Assembly (NCBI GenBank): GCA_010909165.1
Contig: VJWM01000134.1
Location: 62,001-126,000, forward strand
Direction: 5' to 3'
Length of the DNA: 64,000 nt
DNA from: Anthoceros angustus
Taxonomy: Eukaryota > Plantae > Anthocerotophyta
The notes beneath the pieces were generated by a model. That model was not told where the DNA came from. It saw only the letters and a list, made by a program, of their open reading frames with translations, and made no database searches. Shown piece by piece: positions 23,701-36,787 of the stretch (position 1 is its first letter; each line of letters opens with the position of its first letter). The position numbers and the translations under genes are program-made.

Positions 23701-25314
23701 TACCTCACGGAAGGAAGAGCATAGGATCAAAGTGGACATTCAAGATTAAGCGCAAGGCTGATGGAAGCATAGAGCGCTACAAGGCAAGGCTGGTGGGGAA
23801 AGGATATACACAAGTCCCAGGTGTGGATTATACTGATACCTTCTCCCCTGTCGCTAAGATAGCATCTATCCGAGCTCTCCTAGCTATCGCAGCCGCTTTC
23901 GACATGGAGATACATCATATGGATGTTCTGACTGCGTTCCTGAATGGAGATCCGGATGAAGAGATCTACATGGACCAGCGGAGGGATCTCGAAATACCGG
24001 GGCCGAGGGAGAGGTATGTAGGCTGCTAAAGGCTCTGTATGGTCTTAAGCAATCGCCTTGCTTGGTATCGTAAGGTTGATGTGTTTTTCCGTCTAGAGGT
24101 TTCAAGAAAACCAATGCGATTGGAATATCTATGTGAAGAGAGTGGGAGAATCCATAATTATCATTGCTGTTTATGTGGACGATTTGATTATTGCTAGCAA
24201 TGACATGGAACTCTTAGACTCGATAAAGCAAAGCCTTAATGCAAGCTTTGACATGAGAGATTTGGGTGAGCTCCACTATTCCCTAGGAATAAAGGTGGAA
24301 AGGAATAGGGCTAACAAACAGATCTCTTTGAGCCAACAAACATATGTGGAGACCATATTGAGCGTTTGGCATGCAAGATTGCAAACCCATGAAGACGCCA
24401 ATGATCTTCAATGAGAAGCTATCGCAGGAGATGAGCCCTACAACCTAAAAGGAGAAAGAGAAGATAGATAAGACTCTCTATCAACGTGCGTTGGCTGTCT
24501 TACATATTTGGCAACAGGACAAGGCCCGACATTGCAGGCGTGGAGTTGTGAGTCGATTCTTGGCCAACCACGGACAAGATTATCAAGCGATCAAGAGGAT
24601 ATTCGGATACTTGCGGCACAAAACATTGGAAGTTGAAATACCAAAAGGATCGACATGAAGACGCCGGTGGTTGGATTTTGTGATTGATTTGGAGATGTCG
24701 ATGGCATAAGTCTACCAGGATATGTATTTATGCTATTTGGGGAGCCATTTCATGGAGTAGTAGGCGTCGACCTCGTGGCTTTGTCCTCTGAGCGGAGTAC
24801 ATGGCAATATCTGCTGCAACAATGGAAGCAATATGGCTACGACGATTGCTCAAGAAATGGGATTTAAGCGGAAGGGTGCAACCATCTTCAACGACAATCA
24901 AGGTTGCATTTACTTAGCAAAGAATGCTACTTTTCACGAGGACGAAACACATTGAAGTAAAGCATCACTTCATCAGAGAAAGTTCAATCCAAGGAGATAG
25001 AGCTAGCGTATTGTCCCACTGGACATGCCTGCAGATGTTTTGACCAAAAGGGTTGACTTTAGAGAAGCACGTTAAGTTTAGCAAGATGTTAGGCTTAAAA
25101 GAGTAGCGATGTGTTGAGTGGGAGTGTTAGAAATCTATAGGATTGGTGCAACACATCACATATTAGAGTTATGAGTATAAGTCCTAGAAGTATATAGGAT
25201 TATCCCAGGGGCGAGATAGGGTTTCATACTATCGAGTATGACAAGGCCAAAGGCTATATATGTATGCATAGCACACCATTTCTAATGTCTTGAACACAGG
25301 AATTCTGCTTTTCA
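20769..25314 (+). mobile_element. Full-length Ty1/Copia LTR retrotransposon
   Basis: LTRs 20769-20964 and 25125-~25314 (TGTTAGAAATC...TTCTAACA). Met PBS TGGTATCGGGAG at 20965, PPT GTGTTGAGTGGGAG at 25111-25124. TSD is about CATAT; the empty site GAAACATATCTCATG is seen in U3 and U4. Confidence 0.97.
21153..25106 (+). pseudogene. Copia gag-pol polyprotein (gag, zinc knuckle, integrase, RT, RNase H), multiply frameshifted as assembled
   Basis: [80 protein letters not shown] and AVYVDDLII. Confidence 0.93.
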
Positions 25315-25791
25315 TATATCTCATGTTTTGGTTTGACACAAGTGGGCTCCTTTTGGTTTGACACCTGGGCTCCTTTTGGTTTGACACTGGGCTCCTTTTG
25401 GTTTGACACCTGGGCTCGGACCAACTCCACTCTTCTAGTGGACACGCGGATGAGAAGCAACCAAAGCCGCCTCGAGGCGGCTCAAAGGCTCGTTATCTTT
25501 CACACATACACTATTGAGCGCGTCTCTTGAAATGATGGGAATGCTCATAGCCTTCTTTCCGTGGCTGCATGTGCTTCCTTAGGAAAATCGGCTTTTGAAC
25601 AACTCTGAATGGTAGGCACAAACCAAATGCATGCCATGGCAGCCAAGTTGTTTATTCTAGGCCATGTCGCACTTTTATACCTCGAGTGCACATGTTCCGA
25701 GACACAACGTATCCCTTTCATCTTCGATCTGCAAGAGGGCAGGTACTTCCCTAATGCAACTCATTACATGATGCTTACAGGCAGAATTTGA

Positions 25792-27340
25792 CCAAGCTTT
25801 GACATGAGAGATTTGGGTGAGCTCCACTATTCCTAGGAATAAAGGTGGAAAGGAATAGGGCTAACAAGCATCTCTTTGAGCCAACAAACATATGTGGAGA
25901 CCATATTGGGCGTTTCGGCATGCAAGATTGCAAACCCATGAAGACGCCAATGATCTTCAATGAGAAGCTATCGCAGGAGATGAGCCCTACAACCGAAAAG
26001 GAGAAAGAAGATAGATAAGACTCTCTATCAACGTGCGTTATCTTACATATTGTAGGGCGGACAAGGCCCGACATTGCGAGGCGGTGGGAGTTGTGAGTCG
26101 ATTCTTGGCCAACCGGACAACGGCATTATCAAGCGATCAAGAGGATATTCGGATACTTGCGGCACAAAACATTGGAAGTTGCAATACCAAAAGGATCGAC
26201 ATGAAGCCGGTGGTTGGATTTTGTGATTGATTGGCTGGAGATGTCGATGGCATAAGTCTACCACAGGATATGTATTTATGCTATTTGGGGAGCCATTTCA
26301 TGGAGTAGTAGGCGTCGACCTCGTGGCTTTGTCCTCTGAGCGGAGTACATGGCAATATCTGCTGCAACAATGGAAGCAATATGGCTACGACGATTGCTCG
26401 AAGAAATGGGATTTAAGCAGAAGGGTGCAACAACCATCTTCAACGACAATCAAGGTTGCATTTACTTAGCAAAGAATGCTACTTTTCACGAGGGCGAAAC
26501 ACATTGAAGTAAAGCATCACTTCATTAGAGAAAGTTCAATCCAAGGAGATAGAGCTAGCGTATTGTCCCACTGGACATGCTGCAGATGTTTTGACCAAAA
26601 GGGTTGACTTTAGAGAAGCACGTTAAGTTTAGCAAGATGTTAGGCTTAAAAGAGTAGCGATGTGTTGAGTGGGAGTGTTAGAAATCTATAGGATTGGTGC
26701 AACACATCACATATTAGAGTTATGAGTATAAGTCCTAGAAGTATATAGGATTATCCGGGGGCGAGATAGGGTTTCATACTATCGAGAGTATGACAAGGCC
26801 AAAGGCTATATATGTATGCATAGCACACCATTTCTAATGTCTTGAACACAGGAATTCATTTCTAACATATCTCATGTTTTGGTTTGACACAAGTGGGCTC
26901 CTTTTGGTTTGACACAGTGGGCTCCTTTTGGTTTGACACTGGGCTCCTTTTGGTTTGACACCTGGGCTCGGACCAACTCCACTCTTCTAGTGGACACGCG
27001 GATGAGAAGCAACCAAAGCCTCGAGGCGGCTCGTCAAAGGCTCGTTATCTTTCACACATACACTATTGAGCGCCGTCTCTTGGAAATGATGGAATGCTCA
27101 TAGCCTTCTTTCCGTGGCTGCATGTGCTTCCTTAGGAAAATCGGCTTTTGAACAACTCTGAATGGTAGGCACAAACCAAATGCATGCCATGGCAGCCAAG
27201 TTGTTTATTCTAGGCCATGTCGCACTTTTATACCTCAGTGCACATGTTCCGAGACACAACGTATCCCTTTCATCTTCGATCTGCAAGAGGGCAGGTACTT
27301 CCCTAATGCAACTCATTACATGATGCTTACAGGCAGAATT
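25792..27340 (+). repeat. ~1.55-kb tandem duplication of Copia RT-end/RNase H + 3' LTR + TLP-A promoter (copy of ~24243-25799); third LTR at 26676-26867
   Basis: Junction GAATTTGACCAAGCTTT|TGACATGAGAG joins promoter to Copia through the shared CAAGCTTT. The LTR offset is 1551 bp. Confidence 0.92.
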
Positions 27341-27639
27341 TGACCAAGCTTTTGCCTCTCCACCTAACAGTACACGTACGCAAGCCATGGGTACGCTCCT
27401 CCCCATCTCCAGTCGACTCATTTCATTTGACTGACCCAGTCTCCCCGCCGCCCACTGACTGCAGCGGACATATAAGCTCGCCGTAGAAGCAGAAGCAGAA
27501 GCAGAAGCAGTAATCACACACCGTCTTCCGGGCTCTCATCTCCACTGCACTGCCCACTACTCCGATCGCCAAGCTCACAGCTAGCGCATGCTCTGGACTC
27601 CTGCGCAGCCTCCACAGACCTGTCTGCTTCTATTACAAG

Positions 27640-28516
27640 ATGGCCAGCTTCAACGCAGCGTGGGTTCTTCTGTCGGCGCTGGTGGCAGCCAGCAGCCTGA
27701 TGGCCGCCGTGCAAGGTGAATCCAGCGCGCGTTCAACACACTGCATTGCATCGATTACTAGCTATAGCCTTGCTTCCTGCTGAATGATGAAGCATAGCTG
27801 TGATCGTGAACTCTCGAGATTGAGCAGAACGTTTGTGTGGAATGGTGGGTCAAACTGCAGGTGCTACGTGCAGATACAGAACCACTGCCCCTACCCGTCA
27901 CCAGCTGCGCGCAATCCAGAGCCGACCCCATCGCGCAGTTCCAGCTGGCCTCGGGCCAGTCGCAGACCCTGGACTTCGGCTCCGCCTGCAGCTGGCCGTC
28001 GGCCACGATATGGGCGTCGGTGCGAGGGCAGTGCGTTGCGCCCGGGGAACCCTGCCGCCGCCAACGATAAGAACCTGGCCGATCTGGCGGAATTCAACCT
28101 GGCCAGCCCACCGACTTCTACGATGTCAGCAACGTGAACGCCTACACCATCGGCCTCAAGATCCAGCCCGTTGCCAGCAGCTGCGGCGCACCTTCCTGCT
28201 CCATCCCCGACATCCGCTCCTTCTGCGGCGCCAACAACCAGCTGCTGAGCCTGCCCTCCGGGGCGCTCTCCTGCATCAACACCGACGGCACTGCCGGCCG
28301 AGGCCCCTCGGACGGCACCCGCCTGTTCAAGGCCGCCTGCCCTCCGGGGCGCTCTCCTGCATCAACACCGACGGCACTGCCGGCCGAGGCCCCTCGGACG
28401 GCACCCGCCTGTTCAAGGCCGCCTGCCCCTCCTCCTACAGCTACAACTACGACGACGCCACCTCCACCTTCACTTGCCCCCACGGCACCAACTACAATGT
28501 CATCTTCTGTCCCTGA
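27640..28516 (+). pseudogene. TLP-A2 with an internal 86-bp tandem duplication in exon 2
   Basis: CTGCCCTCCGGGGCGCTCTCC occurs at 28251 and again at 28337. 86 bp is not a multiple of 3. Confidence 0.85.
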
Positions 28517-28699
28517 TCGATTTCTGTGGCTCTCGCGCACATACCTGCTCCTGGGCAAGGATTTGATCCACACGTACGGAGACATGTAGTATGTGGTTTC
28601 GTAAAGAGTTCACGACTTGTGAACATTGGCTGGTAGCAGGGCAGTGTAGATTGGGAAATCAATTTGGACATACACGGTCATTGTGTGCCATCATCTGTA

Positions 28700-29890
28700 G
28701 CAAACAATCGCATGCAAGCATGTCTTCCCAGGTCACATTTCCATGATTCCGCCAGACCCCAGCAGTGATGCACACCAAACTGCTCAGCCAGGTTGAACTG
28801 GCATGGCCAAGAGCATGGCTTCTGCTTTGCTAGCGCTGAAGAGTCCATCCCTGCCAAAAGGTTGGTCAATCATGCAGCTAGAATAATGGCTGAAGTCCCT
28901 CTCCATAGGAGGGAAGTACTTTGAAGCATTCAAAGTACTTCACTCCTTCCTAACATTCGAGTTTGGCTGCAGGCAGGCAAAAGCATAGGGTAAAGAACTG
29001 TGTTGGCCACAAAAGATGCTGCCACTGGTTGGACACCTTCCTTCTGCTTTGTTGCATACAGTTCTAACGCCTTTTCCCTTATTCCTGCTCCATAGAGCAA
29101 CCTAGGATTGCATTCCATGTTACCACATCCGAGGTCAGGTACAACAATCCTGTGCAACAACAACAGCAGTGCGGCTCCACTCCTCATTCCCACAGCCCGC
29201 TAAATCAACGCAGTGTACAGTTGTGTCGGCGTGGACACCATCCCGACACGAAGCGAAAATACATGAAGCGCTCGTTGAGAAAGCTTCAGTGCAGCAGAGC
29301 GCGTTCTCATGTGAATGTCGAGGTCACAAGTTTTGAAGATCAAAAAGTTTGGAAGAGGCTCTGCGCTTATGCTGGTTTTCATCTGTCGCTTCAAGGAACC
29401 AACATGTCCGAAAGAAGGAGGTGAGGATAAACCCTGAGCCCGCTCTCTGTTGCAGTTCATGGATCTCTGGTACGGAATCCCAGCATTGGCAAAGATTTGG
29501 GACATGAGCATGTATGGTGAAGCTTCCAGTGGCTGCAAGTGCGCCAGGCAGTCAAATGGATGTCTTCCCAGGCCACATTCCATGAATTCGGCAGACCCCA
29601 GCAGGGACGACCAAACTGCACAGTCAGGCTGAATCGGCATGCCCAAGAGCAGCGCTTCTGCTTTGCTAGCCTGAAGACTCCGTCCCTGCCAAAAGAGGTC
29701 GGTCAATCAAGCTAGAATATTGGTTACTTGGGGCTGTAAATGGCTTTAGTCCTCTCCATAGCAATACTTTTGGCAGCAAGCTACTTCCTCCTGCCTACAA
29801 CATTCCATTATGGCTGCAGGCAGACAGAAGGAAAGAATTGTGTCGGCTTCCTCATGCAAACCAGATGCAGGAAACGCTGCAACGCACAAA
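28700..29890 (-). pseudogene. PPR fragments (U2 copy)
   Basis: Near-identical to 7430-8620; ORF 29200-29706 includes SKAEALLLGMPIQPDCAVWSSLLGS. Confidence 0.82.
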
Positions 29891-30139
29891 CATCCAGCTT
29901 GGCCAGCTGAAACCGTACAACCTGGTGCCAAGAATCCAGGGGCCACAACACTACGGTGGTTAAGATTCTGGAAACAGGGAAATCACAACACTACGGTTGT
30001 GCTGAGAGTTCAGCAATCCTAAGTTCACAACACTACAGTAGTTAAGATTCTACGGTAGTCAAAATTCTGCATGGGCAGGCAGTGACCAGATGGAACCACA
30101 AGTCCTGTTCCTTTGTGATGGGGCTTCCTGAATTTCACC

Positions 30140-32332
30140 TCAGGCTGGCTGGAACGGGCGAGGACTTATTATTATTATGGACTCCTCCTTGAAAATGGCT
30201 GTTCTCTCAGCAATCCTGTGAGTTCCTTGTCAGAGACGCCGGCTCGTCTGTCAAGGAGCTCTGCCTCTGCCTTCGCAAGAGCTCTGGGCTGCAAAGGGAT
30301 CCCTACACATTTGCGTGTGGGGACCTCAATTGCTGCTGCAACCAGCAGTCCTAAACTAGAGGCTACTAGGACGATAATAAAAGGTGGCCAGTCATACTGG
30401 TCGAAGAATACCTGTGGCAGGAAGGGCAAGCATCACAAGTTGGGACACGGACTTGTTGGTGAAAGTATGGGAGTAGAGCTTGCAGAGATACCAGATGCAA
30501 GGATTTGGACACGCTAGTGTGCCATCCGTTGCTGCGGATGGCTGCATACACAATCACAGATATAAGTCCAGACAGGCAACCACTAAGGGTTGAGATGGGT
30601 GTCACTATGCGCTCAGCCCAGTAGCCGGTGAACAGCCCTGACAATATGGGGAGTGCGGATGTGGTTGTCACGATGTTGCTGATGAGGAACAGGCTGTTGA
30701 TATTGTAGCCCTGGGCAAAGGGACACAATAGGAGTCAGTGTTTGTCTCAGTTCACAAACAGATCCAACAAGCAATGGCATTGTTTGCCTACCCTGAGTGA
30801 TACCACGAGGCATGGAACCGTCAGAACAACCATCAACAGACGGCTCCACATAACGGACTGGTTTCGCAGAAACACGCCTGCAATGCAGTTTGTGAGAGCA
30901 TTTTGTAGAGAATCTCCAGCTGAGTCGCTCGTATAGTGACCCATACCATACCATCTGCAAGTGGACCACAAATAAGCTGGGGTTGTGCAATGCACACAAA
31001 CAAACATGTATATGTTGAGACTACAGACACCAGGTAATGGCGACAGGGACAGTGCCACACCTGGACTCCATCGCTGTTCGTAAGCAACGTGAAGAAAATG
31101 GTGTTGCCGCACTCATCTGGTCCAGAAGGCACAAACTTCCCAGACCAGGCTGCGATGTACCCACCGAATCCAAAAGGAAGCACACAAGAATCACCTAGTA
31201 CACGGAGCATGAGCCTTTTAAGTGTTCCTGCTTAACCACATTGCCTTTTTCAACCCCAACATCAGATTAACATACAAGAGGACATTCATTACCTGGCAAG
31301 CTCCCAGAAAGCACCCTGCTTCAACTTTCGGTCGCTGACAGATGCCATATCGCCTCACTGAACGACGAGGCGGATATCAGGAGATCGGCATAGTGGCAAT
31401 CGAGGCATACCCTGCACAGTCAGCACGATATGATGGATTATACAGTCTTCCTGCCGAGAAAGCAAGCCTTGCTGGCAAGCACAGAGATTGTGTCCACAAA
31501 TCGCTTCGCTGAAGAGCAGTTCCGGAGTCAGCGTCCTCCAGCATGTTCAGAATTGGATCCTACAACTAGTTCCAAGTGCACCAGACACCGCTATCGTACC
31601 TTCCTGACGAAGTCTGTGAAAGACATGACGTTCGGCAGCCTCCTGGTGATGTGGGCGCCAAAGAAACCCTGCAACAGAATGGGCAGGCCACAACCCACGG
31701 CGTAGCACACAAGCCCCACAATCCCTGCCTCACAGTTGAGCCATGAGTTCATGCTGATCATAGCAGAGATGAGCAGGCTTTCCTAGCCCCAGCACACCGC
31801 CACATCCAACCACTCACTCACCATATGCGTAAGCGTAGGATGGGAGGGAGAAAATTGCCCATGGCCCCATCGCTGCAGCGTAGAAAGAGCCGGCAATCCT
31901 GAAAGCTCCAGCTGTTCCCCGTGCTGTCAAGAAGAATTCAGTGGTGTCCTTGCCCTGCATCCACCAGCCCAAGCGGGACCCTGGTCAGTCACACAGCCAG
32001 CCCTTCATGACCTTGCTGGAACCAGACCCGGGCCCGAAACCCACCTCCATCACCTTCCGCTCCTGCCTGATGATAGCAAACACGAGAGCAAACACCCCGA
32101 AGCCCGTTACGGCCACAGAGCACAATACGTAGCTCCACAGAGCAAGCGCGGAAGCCATGGCCACCCCAGCAAGCGCCTGGCTTGCTGGGACCTCCTGCCA
32201 TGCTCGGGAAAACGAGAGAGGCAGCTCTTCGTCCATTCCCGCCAGTTCGTATGCGTCAATTCCGATTGAAGTTAGCCCTCGCCGCCAAAATCTTGCGCTA
32301 CGTTGGGGACGTGCAAAAGTGGGTAGATTCAC
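30140..32332 (-). pseudogene. SSS transporter pseudogene (U2 copy, with a divergent patch at ~30560-30890)
   Basis: Colinear with 8869-11067. Confidence 0.75.
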
Positions 32333-34447
32333 GGTTGCTGGGTCTCTGAACCTTCCAATGCACCTCTTTGACTTGCTACGTAGCTGTCAGCAACTGCTGA
32401 ATGCGCAATCCCCTGCCTCTCGCTGCTGGCTTTGGTTTTGTGTTTCCTCCTGCCTGCCCTCAGACTCTAACACCCCTCCATCCTCTCCCCAGGCCCACCA
32501 TTGTCTCTCCCACACACCTGCCTAACGTCCTCAGCTCGATTCACAAGGACTGGCCCTGGCTTCCCCTATCTCACTCCGCGGGCTGTTCCAATGCTCAGCT
32601 TCAGGCAAGTCTTCAAGCTCCAACGTAACATAGGTGTGTTAGCTGTGTAGTACCAGGTATGCTCGCGTTTTGCTCTCAGCTCCCTTCACTCGATCATTGA
32701 CAATCACTCAAACCAATGAGACAATCACTCAAATCGATGACAATCACCCAAACAAGAATCGCACAATCTCAACAGGGGCTGCCCTGTTTTATGCGACTTC
32801 TGCTTCTCCGATCCCTGCTTGCTTCACATGCCCGCAGAAAGAGGCGTCACAACAGGCTCGATCCGACTAGCATCTGTCAAACAAGGGCTGCCTAACCCCT
32901 GCATTGGCAGCTGCGGCACCAAGGCATTTGTGATACGAATGCCATCACGGATTACGCACCACTGTTTGGTCCCACCCACACCGTCCTCACATTCGACACA
33001 ACACGTCCTCACTAGACTCCTCCTAAAATCAGGAGTGAACATATATCATTTCCAACGCAATTCAGGAAGGACGCTCCCCAAAGTTCAACCCAATTTTGCC
33101 AAGAAATCGCAGTAGCTAATCTCGTCGGAGCACATGGCCGGCTAAATCTCAGTTCCGAGGCCGGGCGGGATGCACCAACAAGCAGCCACTTCAGCTCCCT
33201 GCTCGTTGTGAAGAAAACTTCCTTGGGAGGCCCAGATTCATTCTCCTTCAGTGATCGGCTACTGTGTCACACCTCCAAATCTCGGCCATGCATATGGGAC
33301 CACCTGGCACCACAAAACCTGATCCAGGCTACGGTTGAATCTACCTCCCGAGCACGTCTAGGACAGATGTTTCCTGGACATGTTGGCCATGTTACTTCAC
33401 ACAGAGGAAGGACGCGCTCTCGACTCAAGCTTTCCCCAGCTGTTGCTCACCGAGAGCTTTGTCAAATCGTCCTAGATACAGTTTCAGAGCTAATCTTGGG
33501 AAATCGGTCATTGCTATCTGCCATTATTTCCACACTTGTAACTGCTACAGATGATGGCACACAATGACAGGGTGTCTCCACATCTATTTCCTATTCTACA
33601 GACTCTACACTCTACCCTGCAGGCCACTGGACAGATGTTCCAGTTAGTTTGTCAGATCAATTCCTCACCAACCACAGTGGAGTTGGATTACCCTCAGCAT
33701 TTCATGATATGCTGCCATTCTTGATCCTGATGTAGTCTTCGGAGCCGGAATCAACAGCAAGAATTTGAGCGCTAGCGTTTCCTACTGAATGATGAGAGTG
33801 CTAGGATCGTAGAAAGCGCACGAGGGTATGAGCCAACCTTTGGAATAAGAGCTCCATCAGAGGTCAACCCCGTTGACTTAGACTCTTCAAAACTCACTTT
33901 GTGACCTCTGACATTCACATACAGTACGAAGGACAGGCTCTCGACTCCATCTTTCCCGATACATGCTCAGCTGCAGTCAATCTCTCAACGAACGCTTTGC
34001 CGATTCGTTTTCAATTTCAGAGCTCACAGACCATGGCCATAGGAAATCAATCATTCCAACTTGCCACTGTTCGCGCACTTGTAACTGCTACAGAAATTGG
34101 CACACGGATGACCGTGTGTCTCAAAATTCATCTCCTTAGTCATGATACACACTGCAGGCCCTGGACAGTGGATGCCACAACTTGCTGCTGCTGCCGCCAG
34201 CCAATGTTCACAACGGGTGAACTCGTTCGCGGGATCTTCTTCAAATCCTTTGAGTAGCGAGCAGCGGCCCATAGCCATGGCAATGGAGAAGAAGCAATGC
34301 AATGTACAAGAATTCAAGAGTTCTGCGACATGGTATGAAAAGCCAGCACCTTACATAGTGGCCACTAGCCACACTGGTGACAACCAGTGTCACCTATTGC
34401 ATACTTGCCTTCTCATCCTCTAACATTGAGCAGCAGAAATCGATCCA

Positions 34448-35338
34448 TCAAGGACAGAAGATGACATTGTAGTTGGTGCCGTGGGGGCAAGTGAAGGTGG
34501 AGGTGGCGTCGTCGAAGTTGTAGCTGTAGGAGGAGGGGCAGGCGGCCTTGAACAGGCGGGTGCCGTCCGAGGGGCCTCGGCCGGCGGTGCCGTCGGTATT
34601 GATGCAGGAGAGCGCGCCGGAGGGCAGGCTCAGCAGCTGGTTGTTGGCGCCGCAGAAGGAGGATGTCGGGGATGGAGCAGGAAGGTGCGCCGCAGCCGCT
34701 GGCGACGGGCTGGATCTTGAGGCCGATGGTGTAGGCGTTCACGTTGCTCACGTCGTAGAAGTCGGTGGGGCTTGCCAGGTTGAATTCAGCCAAATCGGCC
34801 AGGTTCTTGTCGTTGGCGGCGGCAGGGTTTCCTCCGGGCGCCACGCACTGCCCTCGCACCGACGCCCATATGCTCGCGGACGGCCAGCTGCAAGCGGACC
34901 CGAAGTCCAGGGTCTGCGACTGGCCCGCAGCCAGCTGGAACTGCGCGACAGGGTCGGCCCTGGATTGCACGCAGCTGGTGATGGAGTAGGGGCACTGGTT
35001 CTGTATCTGCACGTAGCACCCTGCGCTTTCATCCACCATTCCACACATTCAAACAAACAAACATGTTAAGAACGTTTGAGGGCACAAGTTCTAGTTAATC
35101 CTCTAGACCTCAAAATGACAATGAATAATGTAATACATGCTTCATCAATCTGCACAAAGCAAGTAGATGACTGCATATAACTCAACATGAGAATGAATAA
35201 TGTAATACATGCTTCATCAATCTGCACAAAGCAAGTAGATGACTGCATATAATGCGAGATGCACCTTGCAGCGGTCATCAAAATGCTAGTTGCCACCTGA
35301 CACCTGTAAGAACCCACTGTATTGGATCCGCTGGCCAT
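34448..35338 (-). CDS. Thaumatin-like protein TLP-B2
   Basis: MASGSNT.. start at 35338; exon 2 as in TLP-B1; TGA at 34448. Confidence 0.88.
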
Positions 35339-36254
35339 CTTGTAGTAGAATCGTACGTCTGTGGAAGCATGTGCATGTGTGGGACATCAATAAATTAAGA
35401 GTTGTGTAAATATCATGTTCAAGTACAATAGATAAACCTAAAACACTAACCTATAGAAAATGATGACGTTGAGATGATACTTGAACTTCTTTTAGTATAC
35501 TCACACATATATAGGCAAAGTAAGAACACGTGGGTTCGACATATTTTGCTCTCTCTCGATGATGGCTCTAAAAGTTTCTTTTAATGTGTTTAATGTAATT
35601 GAAGGGACAGGCTCTTGATGAATCCCTTAAGAGTCTACAAGGTTAGTTGAACTATAACATTATTCACAACAAGGCCATTATTACCGATTAATGCTACTAC
35701 ATACATGAAGACAGCTCTTGCAAATGAAGTACTCTTGGCGCAGCAATTGGGTTGTCGTGTTCAGAAGCATAAATTATAGGCTATCACCCCAATTGAACGG
35801 CGGCAATTGCGGTTGTCACTCCAACGAACTAACAATTGATTGATCAATCAACTCGGATTGTTGATCAATCCAACTTTAGATTGTTGATCAATCCAAGCGA
35901 TAGATAGACAGATAGATTCAATTAGCCACAACTCATGTACACAAAACTCCTTCTTCATGAAGCTAGCGTGTTACCTTGACAAAGGTGACAAAATGCCCCA
36001 ACACTTGTAATGAAAACAAAAACCATGTGAGATTCCTATAAAGCTCGCGTTGAGTCCTATCATGCGTTGTAGTAATGACTCAGCACATAATTTAGGTTGT
36101 CACCATGTCACTTTGGAACCGCCTATAACACCATAGTGCCCTCAACACTCCGGGCAAATTAAGCAAGCACATGCTATATAACATAGTCCGATCCTGCATA
36201 TAGAACCTTCCCAAACATCTCACAATCACATTCATCGGACCCGATTACAGGGCG

Positions 36255-36787
36255 GTGGTTACGTATCTACACGTAGCACCACACTTTCGTCCACCATCCC
36301 ACACAAACAACCAAACAAACAAAGAAATAAACAAAGCAGTTAGAACGTTTGTGCGCGCAATTTTAGTCAATCCTCTAGAGTTCGAGGATCGAGAACCAAT
36401 AATGTATGCTTCATCAATGCGGGAAGCAAGTAGTCGATGTAATGCAGTCGGGAGATAATTCGAGATGCACCTTGCAGTGTAGCCATCAGCTGCCACGGCG
36501 CTAATACAAGAACCCACGCTGCGTTGGAACTAGATCCACTAGCCATCTCGCGATGAGAATCGAAGAAATAAACAAAGCAGTTAGAGCGTTTATACTTTAG
36601 TTAGTCAATCCTCTAGAGTTCGAGGATCGGAACCAATAATGTATGCTTCATCAATGCGGGAAGCAAGTAGTCGATGTAATCTGATCGGTGGCTTAGATAA
36701 TTGCGAGATGCACCTTGCAGTGTGTGGCCATCAGCTGCCACGAGCGCTAATACAAGAACCCACGTTGGAACTAGATCCACTAGCCAT
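36255..36787 (-). pseudogene. TLP-C2 stub with duplicated exon 1 (ATGs at 36546 and 36787)
   Basis: A ~240-bp duplication with junction GAATCGAAGAAA|TAAACAAAGCAG. It carries the same TAG in the exon-2 stub. Confidence 0.75.
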
